IMG/VR virus record: IMGVR_UViG_3300006751_000008
Coordinates: 2,363 to 66,362 of that record
From: a virus
Direction: 5' to 3' (one strand)
DNA length: 64,000 bases
Every line of letters starts with the position of its first letter. Positions within the stretch are counted from its first letter, which is position 1. Below are positions 38,701 to 46,536 of the stretch, one piece after another. The position numbers were made by a program, and so were the translations under genes. The notes below the pieces were generated by a model. That model saw nothing but the letters and a program-made list of their open reading frames with translations, made no database searches and was not told the origin of the DNA.

Positions 38701-39076
38701 TTCTCCGGGCAAGGTGGTGCTGCTTCAGGGCACAGACGGCACAGACGGGAACACAACGATCACAACGAACAACGCTACCCATTGGAACAGTGTGTGTAGT
38801 GTCGATGTGCCTAGTGCGTTTCGGAACGGTATGGACAGCCTAAAACCCGGCACCATAGCCCTTCGTCAAGTGGTGGGCGGTGCTGGAAGCAACAAAGGTA
38901 TTACGGAAGGCTTATCTGGTACTACATTCACCTCCTTTAGCGGTGGAAAGGGTGGCGGGCTTGTTCCGGGAGACCATACTTATTACGCGGTAGCGTTCGC
39001 AGATGGACGTGTGTGCAGCAATGAGTTGCAAGTCACCTTCACTGTTGCAGATGCAACATGGACACGGGGGGATTAG
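35741..39076 (+). CDS. Large tail-associated protein with six copies of a ~110-aa domain
   Basis: 1111 aa; repeated ATITL..D.DG..F..A..IN..LTQ..G..GN..FSGG units. Confidence 0.75.
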   Translation: MAVAVFFSERSYLGDSKSETLLSVERRRSDYGYKEDDVVSLVYTAPANRGTVVEGDKRVVYPSQTSRATDSRRSSELLHAPTIRGDIFQSERLERAADGRAFPHEVVSDRTFVSGTMHLCPSGRATVHVTGRVRPSMHGERYSERAVHPRVSGSTGEKVRLTNLTATVSGSNRVVFGVEWTKGTAVFSSGGWCVSPTSFRGQNNLVYGETRGGGNPTSFPLALAMFFEADEEDKYDLGYYERPLHNTLYKGVRGNVTRRSWGALHHVWPADSETFEIRGSRDAVSLSLRSVPVPSPTTCVLTLRGMESLAGDTTADTLYLHSADGSATPFSTDASVSYSAGRASIIGTSVAAAAATAKIILPAGSTNTRLGKEKAAATITLRKEATAALLATKTITVTDSSGTSQKLTFNNTTTSNASGTIGIQGETLAQMAKSVVDSINALGSLAITASPATPSADSNGDYVVTLLQDATGAEGNTPIQHSFYQQRADTYLISVSSSFSGGAVKTFSLVDGNSENQIFTFDNTTTSNASGTIGIQGETLAQMAKSVVDSINALSSLAITASPATPSADSNGDYVVTLTQNAAGLSGNTVITNNYFNRDIVQYSSAFSGGTGSSGSLMTEALYKTLESAIFAGRLKGTLSSYTAGQDSFTLTQDSPGTLGNGKPYGASVTNGHIRYTQVAGVDSNGQASITLSSADRVGHTSIVPGLRPATATFTFSDKPNETSTISIVDSDGTVIVFEVDNENNGAAGSNVALNGISAAGGGATGTAADLTAKINAQSALDIVATNPAAGQVVLTQGTAGQAGNTTITTNNATHWDSVCSVNVPTRFSEGTNLSDGQTIVVDSTDGGRRTFRGMYTGTNGNRNTDGSIQFVVVSSSYVTTKDNLQAAIVSANGHSGRITASSVPGVTAYATFTFSDKPNETSTITLVDSDGTTVVFEVDNENNGVTGSNVALNGIAAAGGGATGTAADLTAKINAQSALDIVAKNPSPGKVVLLQGTDGTDGNTTITTNNATHWNSVCSVDVPSAFRNGMDSLKPGTIALRQVVGGAGSNKGITEGLSGTTFTSFSGGKGGGLVPGDHTYYAVAFADGRVCSNELQVTFTVADATWTRGD
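36965..37474 (+). repeat. Intragenic direct repeat A (174 bp x2: 36965-37138, 37301-37474)
   Basis: Near-identical copies; differences mostly synonymous. Confidence 0.9.
37874..38813 (+). repeat. Intragenic direct repeat B (~343 bp x2: 37874-38216, 38471-38813)
   Basis: Both encode ATFTFSDKPNETSTI...NATHW.SVCSV.VP. Confidence 0.9.
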
Positions 39077-39079
39077 TTT

Positions 39080-39868
39080 ATGTGGGGATTTGGCTCACCT
39101 CATGCATTTGGTCTACCAGACACTCCTACCACTACGGGAACTCCTGGAGCACAGGGAGTTTTTCCTGTAGATACCCCCGATTACGATTGGGGTTTCGGTG
39201 ACCCTCTGCCGAACAACTTTAGTTCTAGTCCGTCCGAAGAATGGGGTTTTGGGGAACCAGATCCTCCCAAGTTTACCGCCTTTATGGCCAGTGGGTCAGT
39301 CGTTGCCGACGATGGGGGTGAGATTGTTCGTCTGGTTGGAGAGTGGCCTATCGTGGGTCCGTACCGTGTTCAGCTTGTACACGCCACTACTGCTGAAGTC
39401 TTTCCTGATACAGGCAAGGCTTGGGGAACAACTGCTGTCATTCGGACAGACTCGTTTATGCGGGTAAAGACACGGACACAGCCTTATTTCAACTACACCA
39501 ACTATTCTCAGAAAAAGGATGGAGATACTACTCTCCTTGTTCCTGGTAAATACCTCTCTATGACGCTTCCGCAAGTCCCTCCGGGAATATATGATGTGCG
39601 GATTCGATGGGGCCAAGACGCTCTAGCGGACGCTGAGTTTGCAGAAGATCCTTTAGTCCCGTCCGAGTTAGCTAAGTTCGGACAGCATTGGGCTGCTGCG
39701 ATGGTCGAAGAGGTCGTTATCCCTAAAGCACTCCATGTTGTTTACAGGAACAGGGATCTGGCCACTTGGCATGTAAGAAGTTCCTTCCCTCCTGTTTTCG
39801 ACCCTGGACCACGTACCATCCGGCTAGAGAATCCTTTTGGTACATTAGAGGACGACTACGATGGCTAG
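39080..39868 (+). CDS. Structural protein, IPT/TIG-like
   Basis: DDGGEIVRLVG...LPQVPPGIYDVRI pattern; N-terminal WGFG repeats. Confidence 0.5.
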   Translation: MWGFGSPHAFGLPDTPTTTGTPGAQGVFPVDTPDYDWGFGDPLPNNFSSSPSEEWGFGEPDPPKFTAFMASGSVVADDGGEIVRLVGEWPIVGPYRVQLVHATTAEVFPDTGKAWGTTAVIRTDSFMRVKTRTQPYFNYTNYSQKKDGDTTLLVPGKYLSMTLPQVPPGIYDVRIRWGQDALADAEFAEDPLVPSELAKFGQHWAAAMVEEVVIPKALHVVYRNRDLATWHVRSSFPPVFDPGPRTIRLENPFGTLEDDYDG

Positions 39869-40631
39869 TGTGACAGGCGTTACAGTAATAGATCAAAGAA
39901 CCCTTCGGGTTGGCTTCAGTGCGGCGATCACGTTGTCTAAGTTCACTCCGTGGAAATGTCGCCTTCGTCCAACCTCTGCGGGTGGTATCGACTGTATTGT
40001 GAACAACGTGAGGGGTGTCGGTACTTCCGGTACGGGCAACTTCACGCAGTTTGATCTAAACTGTGAACCTGGACTGACACCAAACGTCGATTACTCTCTT
40101 CACATAGGTATAGGGGGGCTCGAAGATGTTGCGGGTGCTAATACGATTAGCACTCCGGTTGTCGCTATTCCACTGGCTAACGTACCAACCTCAAAGGAAT
40201 GGGACCATCCGCCGTTGCGGACTCTTACTAGGGCTTTCGGACAGGGGCTCGCTGAGATAGGCGGCATTCCGACCACTATACTTGTACGTGACTGGAACCC
40301 AGGAGATCCTGTTTTATACGTCGAAAGTACCCTGGCCTTTGATAAAGGCCCTTTGTTCGATGTATCGCGGAAACTAATCGAATACTACCACACAGGCGCG
40401 GCTCCAGCGCAGAAGGCTACATGGCCACCGAAGACCGGCGTTTCTGCCGTAATGGTGGGCTCTCGTCGCTTCTTCTATACGTGGATAGACCCGAGTTTCT
40501 GTGCGTTCCAGAGCATTCGTCCAGAGCCTTCGCAAGGATCTGCCCAATCTCTGGCTGCTGGTACTGTCGTATATCAGGACTATTTCTGGTCAAGTCGGCC
40601 TTTCAATCTGAACTACCCGATGTTTTGGTAG
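39861..40631 (+). CDS. Structural protein (Ig-like N-terminus)
   Basis: VTGVTVIDQRTLRVGFS...LTPNVDYSL; overlapped start. Confidence 0.5.
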   Translation: MASVTGVTVIDQRTLRVGFSAAITLSKFTPWKCRLRPTSAGGIDCIVNNVRGVGTSGTGNFTQFDLNCEPGLTPNVDYSLHIGIGGLEDVAGANTISTPVVAIPLANVPTSKEWDHPPLRTLTRAFGQGLAEIGGIPTTILVRDWNPGDPVLYVESTLAFDKGPLFDVSRKLIEYYHTGAAPAQKATWPPKTGVSAVMVGSRRFFYTWIDPSFCAFQSIRPEPSQGSAQSLAAGTVVYQDYFWSSRPFNLNYPMFW

Positions 40632-40644
40632 GTGGAGGTACCCT

Positions 40645-41844
40645 GTGCTGGAAGAACTATCTGCCTTTGAGCAAACGCTAAGAGACACCGACGCTACTCG
40701 TGCTGCTGGTCCTCATTTTGACCGTCTAAGCTCGCGACACGGTGCGCGTAGACCTCGCAACTGGGACACAGAAGCATGGAGAGGTGTTCTTCATGCAGCA
40801 CAGTGGTCGCCACGGGGTACGCACGGAACGACACACGATATTCTTGAGAATATGTTTCGTCCTTGGAGCAGTACCTGTCGTGTGACACTCGTCAGTTCTG
40901 AAGGCGAAGGAAAATCTCAGATACAGTTTCATTCTCACATTGGTAAGGCTGGTATGGGCGACTTCGTTACAGATGTAACAACTACTCCCGACTCTACGTC
41001 TTTTCCGGGGGATACGTTTACTTGTAAGCATCTACAGCGTCTCGTTCGTATTTGGTACATATCCAAAGAAGACATCAAAGACGCCTCTTCTAGTAACCCT
41101 TTGCAGCAATCTCTTTCGCCTCTTGGACAAAGTGTTCCATACACTCAAGACGTTGCTGGAAATAAGACGTATGACCCACTCCACACTGTGGACATGCTAC
41201 CTTGGAGAACAGGGCTATTCTATACGGTAGGTCCGGCGTTTGGTGTCGATGGTCTTACAAGCTCTACAACAGTAGACCTGTGTCCTGTGGATACGAGTTA
41301 CTGGGAAGGGGCTAACTGGACAAACAAACAGAAGGTGTATCAACCGGACTCTGCTGGGGTCGTTGACGGGTTCAACATAGCCTTCGCACAGTTCTTGTCC
41401 TTTCGTTACAGAGAACCTAGTCCCGGACCTTTGTCTTTACCCGGCAAGGAGGCGGGTCAGACAATATACACCACACAATGCGGCGATGCCTGCGAAATAC
41501 AGATAGATACAGACGTGGAAGCGTTCAACGTGCCTAACGCCTACCTAATGGATCCAGGCGGCAAGGACAAGGCGGAATATCTTCCGCACCCTCCTCCGTA
41601 TGGTCCTCACATTATGGACCCTCTGAACATAGACAACGAGAATCCTTCCCCTCCTCCAAATGGAGATCCTTTCGGAACAGGCCCTCACCCTTTGTATTTT
41701 GAACCGGAAGCTGGTGCTGCCTCGGAGACCCTTACTGCCCTCATTGACCCATATCTAGCGGCAGGCGTGCGTTCCCCTGTCAGGTTGGTGATATGGTGCG
41801 ACGACGAAGCTATCGAAGGTGTCGGGAGTTACGAAGGAAAATGA
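40645..41844 (+). CDS. Baseplate wedge protein, gpI-like
   Basis: AAGPHFDRLSSRHGARRP..DTEAWR...PRGT pattern of gpI-like wedge subunits; GGAGG RBS. Confidence 0.55.
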   Translation: MLEELSAFEQTLRDTDATRAAGPHFDRLSSRHGARRPRNWDTEAWRGVLHAAQWSPRGTHGTTHDILENMFRPWSSTCRVTLVSSEGEGKSQIQFHSHIGKAGMGDFVTDVTTTPDSTSFPGDTFTCKHLQRLVRIWYISKEDIKDASSSNPLQQSLSPLGQSVPYTQDVAGNKTYDPLHTVDMLPWRTGLFYTVGPAFGVDGLTSSTTVDLCPVDTSYWEGANWTNKQKVYQPDSAGVVDGFNIAFAQFLSFRYREPSPGPLSLPGKEAGQTIYTTQCGDACEIQIDTDVEAFNVPNAYLMDPGGKDKAEYLPHPPPYGPHIMDPLNIDNENPSPPPNGDPFGTGPHPLYFEPEAGAASETLTALIDPYLAAGVRSPVRLVIWCDDEAIEGVGSYEGK

Positions 41845-42698
41845 CAAGAGAAGAAACAGCAGAACTACAGCGGTCTTTGTTGGCTTTGGGCTATTCGCTA
41901 CCTCGCTACGGGGCTGACGGGTGTATGGGCGGTGAGACAATCAGCGCAATCCAGGAATGGGCGGGATGTGCTGGTATTATCCTTTCCGGCTTAGACACAG
42001 GGGACATTCCTCCTGAGGTAATCACGGCTATTCTGGCAGAGCATTCAGAGCTAGTAGAGAACAACCCTCTTAGCCCTTCCGCTTTAGTTCACGACGTTCG
42101 CGAAGACAGTTTCAAGGGTAATGAACACGGGAGAAACCCGATAGAGCGTATAGACACTATCTGTCTTCATCAAATGGCCGTAAAGGACAGCGACTCCATA
42201 GGCTGGGAGAGGTGGCGTAAGCTGGCTATCCATTGGGTTGTAACGTGTGGCGACAACGCTGCTGCCTACCTTCTGCACGATATGGACGTAAAGGTCTGGC
42301 ACGGGCACGGATGGAACAGCCGATCTGTCGGCTTTGAGTTTGAAGGCTACTTCTCGGGAATAGGTACGGAAGAACGCTATTTCTGGAAGCCTAAGAGCCG
42401 TCCTAACCGAAAACCTATGGTTCCTACCAACAAACAGCTACAAGCAGGCTGTGACGCCGTAAAGGCTACGGTAGAGATGATTGAACGAATGGGCGGTTCT
42501 ATCAAGTACATAGGAGCGCACAGACAAAGTTACGGAATGAAGTCTTCAGATCCTGGAGAACTTATCTGGAAAGGTGTAGCTCTTCCTATGATGGAAGAGC
42601 TAGGTCTTGAACAGGCTCCTACTTTGGGACACAAGAAGTATCCAGGAAAGCCCATTCCTGAGGCCTGGGACGCCCGTAACACGGGAGTCAAATACTAA
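41841..42698 (+). CDS. Endolysin: PG-binding domain + N-acetylmuramoyl-L-alanine amidase
   Basis: LQRSLLALGY..GADG.MG.ET (PG-binding); ICLHQ, WHGHGWNSRSVGFE, AHRQS..SDPG (amidase_2); start at ATG 41841. Confidence 0.9.
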   Translation: MTREETAELQRSLLALGYSLPRYGADGCMGGETISAIQEWAGCAGIILSGLDTGDIPPEVITAILAEHSELVENNPLSPSALVHDVREDSFKGNEHGRNPIERIDTICLHQMAVKDSDSIGWERWRKLAIHWVVTCGDNAAAYLLHDMDVKVWHGHGWNSRSVGFEFEGYFSGIGTEERYFWKPKSRPNRKPMVPTNKQLQAGCDAVKATVEMIERMGGSIKYIGAHRQSYGMKSSDPGELIWKGVALPMMEELGLEQAPTLGHKKYPGKPIPEAWDARNTGVKY

Positions 42699-42714
42699 TG
42701 CAGGGCTGGAGGCA

Positions 42715-43056
42715 ATGACTGACTCTCTTATATCCCAGCTTTTCGACTTCGGGGCATTGGGTATCTTTGCTGGATTCCTAATATGGCAGCACCTTGGGAT
42801 GCAGAGAAGGATGGATAGACTAATGGTCGAGTTCCAGTCTGAGGTTAGGCGTTTCCAGACAGAGCTAAAAACTATCGAGGAGAACTTCGATAAACGGGTA
42901 GAGAGTATCAGAGGAAAGTACGAGGTGGTTTTATCCAACTACCGAAAAGAACATAACGAAGAAAGAGAGAGACTTGTGGCTAAGGTTTCGGAACTACAGC
43001 AGGCGGCTATTGCTCGTGAACGCGAGTCTCTTTTGAACTTCAAAGCGAGAGACTAG
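42715..43056 (+). CDS. Putative holin / lysis membrane protein (1 TM + coiled coil)
   Basis: FGALGIFAGFLIW TM segment; GGAGG RBS before ATG 42715. Confidence 0.6.
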   Translation: MTDSLISQLFDFGALGIFAGFLIWQHLGMQRRMDRLMVEFQSEVRRFQTELKTIEENFDKRVESIRGKYEVVLSNYRKEHNEERERLVAKVSELQQAAIARERESLLNFKARD

Positions 43057-43068
43057 GAGTGCCGCTAC

Positions 43069-43365
43069 ATGGAACCCACGATAATGCAGGTGCTAGGCCA
43101 GACAGCCGGTACGTTAGTGACGATCTTTACGGCGGTTTGGTGGTTGTCCACACGGCTAGAAAGAATGCGTCTTCAGCTAGAAAACCATTCCAAGCTAATG
43201 GAACAACGGTTTACCGTCTTAGAGAAGGAAATGGGGGACTTCCGACGGGCTCTTGATGATGCCCGCGAAGGCCGAACAGAGATATGGAAGGAGGTCAACA
43301 GCCTCCGTGAACGACTTGCAGGGGCAGAAGCCCGCGCACAAAGAAGAGGAGACCTCAAGAAATGA
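43069..43365 (+). CDS. Lysis-cassette membrane protein (1 TM + coiled coil)
   Basis: GTLVTIFTAVWWL then heptad-like helix. Confidence 0.55.
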   Translation: MEPTIMQVLGQTAGTLVTIFTAVWWLSTRLERMRLQLENHSKLMEQRFTVLEKEMGDFRRALDDAREGRTEIWKEVNSLRERLAGAEARAQRRGDLKK

Positions 43366-43823
43366 GTACAGTAATCAGCAAGAGTATTTCAAACAACACC
43401 CCAGAAGCGGACCTACCGACTATCGAACAGACGATTGTCGTGCAGCCTACTAAAGAAGTTCCGGGAGAGGTTGTCGCAGACCTTTCGCAGCCACTACCTA
43501 CATGGAACACCATCTTGCTGCTCGTTGCAGTAACAGCGGTGGCAACATGGGCGTTGGTTCAGATCGCTAAATCGCTCTTTCAAGGATGGATGGATTCCAA
43601 GAAGGGAGAAGATGGAAAGAAGCCCTGGTGGTGGGCAGGTGGTCTTCGGGTACTTGCTCTCGTGGCTGGAGCGGGGATTGGTACAGTTCTGTACGGGGCA
43701 CTTGGGGGGACCGGCGACGGTTGGCCTTGGGGTACTGTTATTGGAGCAGGTGCGGGTTCTTTGGCTTCTATTGTCGTCATGGTAGTGAAAAAACGAATCA
43801 GAGCACTCGGGGAGTCCAAATGA
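43362..43823 (+). CDS. Putative holin (3 TM)
   Basis: Three hydrophobic segments and basic C-terminus (VKKRIR). Confidence 0.65.
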   Translation: MSTVISKSISNNTPEADLPTIEQTIVVQPTKEVPGEVVADLSQPLPTWNTILLLVAVTAVATWALVQIAKSLFQGWMDSKKGEDGKKPWWWAGGLRVLALVAGAGIGTVLYGALGGTGDGWPWGTVIGAGAGSLASIVVMVVKKRIRALGESK

Positions 43824-44176
43824 CGTGGCTTGCTGTAAAGGCAACAGCAACAAAGGCATGGTCTTGGTTACGTGCCGTTCCTTCTTGGGTTTACGCAATG
43901 CTTGGCTGGTTCGTTGCATATCTCTTCTGGAACCTCTCTAGGGCTTGGAAAAACAGAGCCGAAGTGCAGGCCAAGCAAGGCGGTGCGCGTGCCAAGCTAA
44001 TCGAGGATGTGGTCAAGATAGAGGCTACTCGTAGATCGCGCATAACGAAAGCAGAAGAGACACACGCGGCCAAGCAGGAAGTAATCAAGAAGAAAGAGGA
44101 AGCTATAGACGCCTCCTCAGACGATCTCTCTTCGTTGGCCGATGTGATCAACGAATCATTCAAAAAGGAGGACTAG
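43820..44176 (+). CDS. Putative i-spanin (Rz-like)
   Basis: N-terminal TM followed by coiled coil; ATGA overlap at 43820. Confidence 0.55.
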   Translation: MTWLAVKATATKAWSWLRAVPSWVYAMLGWFVAYLFWNLSRAWKNRAEVQAKQGGARAKLIEDVVKIEATRRSRITKAEETHAAKQEVIKKKEEAIDASSDDLSSLADVINESFKKED

Positions 44177-44177
44177 C

Positions 44178-44222
44178 ATGTCGGCATTCTGGAAAGCGTT
44201 GCTACTCGGACTATCGCGATGA
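44178..44222 (+). CDS. 14-aa micro-ORF MSAFWKALLLGLSR
   Basis: AAGGAGG upstream; its TGA overlaps the ATG of the next gene. Confidence 0.4.
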   Translation: MSAFWKALLLGLSR

Positions 44223-44641
44223 GGAGTCTGGTCGCCACACTCGTGCTTCTTGTGTTCCTACCTACTGCTGTGCTTGCGGAGACCCCTCCCGAATGCACCA
44301 AAGCGGTTCCTTTGCGCTTTGATCAAAAAGTATCCTGCCTTCAAGGGGTTCTTTTCCCACCTCAGTGGGCCGTTCAGTGTGTAAAGTGCAGAGATGTGGC
44401 TCTACCAAGCTGTCAAAACGAGATGTCGCTTCTGAGGGAGAAGTGCGAGATCGACGTGTCTGCTCTATCCGGTAGGCTAAACGCTCTACAGGTATTCAGT
44501 GACAAACAATCGGAGTTGCTCAAAGACTCTCTTCGCAGCGCACCTAGTTGGTACGAGAGTCCTTATTTCTGGGGTGTTGTCGGTTTTGTTGCCGGTACAG
44601 GTTTGACCATTGCTGTCATTTATGCGGTAGATACACGGTAG
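44219..44641 (+). CDS. Spanin-like protein (signal peptide, Cys-rich, C-terminal TM)
   Basis: Hydrophobic N-terminus ending AVLA; six Cys; C-terminal FWGVVGFVAGTGLTIAVIYAV. Confidence 0.5.
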   Translation: MRSLVATLVLLVFLPTAVLAETPPECTKAVPLRFDQKVSCLQGVLFPPQWAVQCVKCRDVALPSCQNEMSLLREKCEIDVSALSGRLNALQVFSDKQSELLKDSLRSAPSWYESPYFWGVVGFVAGTGLTIAVIYAVDTR

Positions 44642-44659
44642 TTTACAGGGGAGGGGTAC

Positions 44660-44956
44660 ATGCACTGTCCACAATGCGGCGGCGATGCGCGGGTGTTAGA
44701 TAGTCGTTCAGCAGACAACGACAATCCGCGATATCAATGGCTTCTTGAAAGAGGGCACAAAGTATATGGCTGGTGGTCCCCTCATGACTTCCGGCTTCGT
44801 AAACGCCGCTGTGGGGCATCTGACTGCTCTCACTGCTTCATTACCATCGAGGTAGGTCTCCAAGACCTTGACGGGGCCTTTACGGACGTTAGAGAGACTA
44901 CTGTGAAGGTTCTGTTTGGTAGTGTTTCTACCGTTCACGGGGCCATACACAAATAA
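44660..44956 (+). CDS. NrdR/Ogr-like zinc-ribbon regulator
   Basis: MHCPQCG...VLDSR...RKRRC...C..CFITIE; no ATP-cone. Confidence 0.75.
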   Translation: MHCPQCGGDARVLDSRSADNDNPRYQWLLERGHKVYGWWSPHDFRLRKRRCGASDCSHCFITIEVGLQDLDGAFTDVRETTVKVLFGSVSTVHGAIHK

Positions 44957-45040
44957 AAGCCCTCTTCCACAGACCCAATGAACGCTCGAAAAAAACTGTG
45001 AAAGAGGGCAACCACAAAGCAGGTTCGTGTCTTTGCGGTT
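44951..45040 (-). terminator. Tandem hairpins / terminator at convergent junction
   Basis: Stems 44959-44972/44996-45009 and 45010-45019/45031-45040; mismatches are G-U on the minus strand; followed by TTTTATTT on minus. Confidence 0.7.
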
Positions 45041-45042
45041 AT

Positions 45043-45597
45043 CTATTCTTCGGGGATTAGCCAGACAAAAAGCGTGTTTTTCAGTCGTTTGTCTGCGCCC
45101 TTCCTCCAGTAAACCCAACAGTAGTCGGCGGAGTCTACCTTTCCTGAGTCAAGGAATGATGGTCGTCGGCTTAGAACGGCGATAGCGGCGGGAGGATTCT
45201 TCCTCCAAAACTCGTATCTCTTGATGCTTGCGAGAAAGCCAAGACGTAACAGCACTACCGCACTCTTTGCCTCCGTGACGGCTTTCTCTACCCACTTCTC
45301 TGCGTCCCCGTAGGGGGGATTCATAAGGACGTGCTCTCCCTTGAAGTCTTGTCGGAGACCATCCGCCTCTTCTATGTTATACCCGGCTTTGACTCCTGCT
45401 TTCACAAGGTTTGGCTGGATCTCGTATCCTCGTCCAGCAGGTCCAGGGAACGCGGCAATAAGGGCTCCATCTCCCGCACATGGGTCTAGTGTCGGTCTAG
45501 GCAGGGTTAGTGCCTTGTAGAGGCTATCTACACACCACTTCGGTGTTCTGTAGAAGTCCTTCTTGCTTCTCTTTGCTCCTCGGTGCGTGCTGCTCAT
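45043..45597 (-). CDS. DNA amino-methyltransferase (probably N6-adenine)
   Basis: DFYRTP, LDPCAGDG (SAM-binding) and NPPY catalytic motif. Confidence 0.88.
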   Translation of the reverse strand: MSSTHRGAKRSKKDFYRTPKWCVDSLYKALTLPRPTLDPCAGDGALIAAFPGPAGRGYEIQPNLVKAGVKAGYNIEEADGLRQDFKGEHVLMNPPYGDAEKWVEKAVTEAKSAVVLLRLGFLASIKRYEFWRKNPPAAIAVLSRRPSFLDSGKVDSADYCWVYWRKGADKRLKNTLFVWLIPEE

Positions 45598-45611
45598 GTC
45601 TGGTCTCTCCT

Positions 45612-45676
45612 AAAATAAAAGTAAAGTGGTGAACTGATAACCTCCTGAAGATATAGACAGAGGTTACCAGTTCACC
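45612..45676 (-). terminator. Terminator-like hairpin just upstream of the MTase RBS
   Basis: 17-bp stem 45628-45644/45660-45676 (one G-U on minus) followed by ACTTTACTTTTATTTT. Confidence 0.65.
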
Positions 45677-45762
45677 TTGCCAAGATTCCGCTTGGCGCGT
45701 CCGGTTCGATCCACTTGGGTAATCTTTACGGGGAATACCTGGAACAACCGGAAATGTGATTG

Positions 45763-46188
45763 CTATTCGTCCTGCTCTACGTCTGCCAGAATACCCATAT
45801 TGTCCTGTATTGCGGCATTCAAGCCCATGATCAAACAGAAAGCGTCGGACGGGCTACCGTCCTCTGTGACTACTTGAAAACTAAGATGTCTCGACCAACC
45901 ATGTCCAAAGTGCTCCATGTGTTGGACTGCCCAAGGGCTCGTTGGTTTCTCCTCTCCTGGATCTGCCGATGGTCCAAACTTATCCTCGAACACTTTCTCT
46001 ATGTGTGCTGCATTGGCGAGTGCTTGAGCCTCGCTGTCTCTGGTGCAGATCACGGGACCGAGGGACCAAGACTTGAACAGTGGTAGTTTCCCCGAATACG
46101 AGAAGTTAGGAGGTGCCAAAAGGGCTTCCGCCTTCAACAGGTCCAGTTCCTCCACGTCTACAAGTTCCATGTATTCTTCTGCTGTCAT
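45763..46188 (-). CDS. Hypothetical early protein
   Basis: 141 aa; AGGA RBS; TRDS...HFGHGW. Confidence 0.7.
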   Translation of the reverse strand: MTAEEYMELVDVEELDLLKAEALLAPPNFSYSGKLPLFKSWSLGPVICTRDSEAQALANAAHIEKVFEDKFGPSADPGEEKPTSPWAVQHMEHFGHGWSRHLSFQVVTEDGSPSDAFCLIMGLNAAIQDNMGILADVEQDE

Positions 46189-46202
46189 AACTTCTTCCTA
46201 TG

Positions 46203-46499
46203 CTACTTGGTGACCTTCCGTCTGGCGGCGGCGGCTAGTTGGGGTTTCTTCTTCCAGTTCTGGCCTCGTCGGCTCTTTCTGTGTCTACGCGATACCTTCT
46301 TGTCATCACGAACCTGTCCGATGCGTCGGATAGTAGCCTTCAGATCGAAAGCTGGAAACGCTCGCTCAAGTTCAAAGAAGTCGTCTACGGTCAAAGCGAC
46401 GGCTCCTCTTCGGAGTTCCACAAGTTGTCTTTCCGTGACTCCCATGACGGAAGCGACATTCTCGCTGCCGTATTCTATGGTTAGGTCGTGCAGATCCAT
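46203..46499 (-). CDS. HTH DNA-binding protein
   Basis: ENVASVMGVTERQLVELRRG...LTVDD HTH pattern; AGGAG RBS. Confidence 0.7.
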   Translation of the reverse strand: MDLHDLTIEYGSENVASVMGVTERQLVELRRGAVALTVDDFFELERAFPAFDLKATIRRIGQVRDDKKVSRRHRKSRRGQNWKKKPQLAAAARRKVTK

Positions 46500-46536
46500 T
46501 CTCTTCTCCTATACCTTTGTCCGACATGCTGGAGAT

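Noticed and set aside
36965-38813. Repeat pairs as DGR template/variable regions
   Set aside because: Mismatches in the pair aligned codon by codon are mostly synonymous and not adenine-specific, all copies are coding, and no reverse transcriptase is in the window
45690-45725. GGTTCGATCC as a tRNA T-loop
   Set aside because: Flanking bases do not form a 5-bp T-stem and no cloverleaf can be built; no tRNA was found by eye elsewhere
45645-45756. CTGAAGA...GAAA as a hammerhead ribozyme core
   Set aside because: Stems II and III cannot be formed around the core motifs
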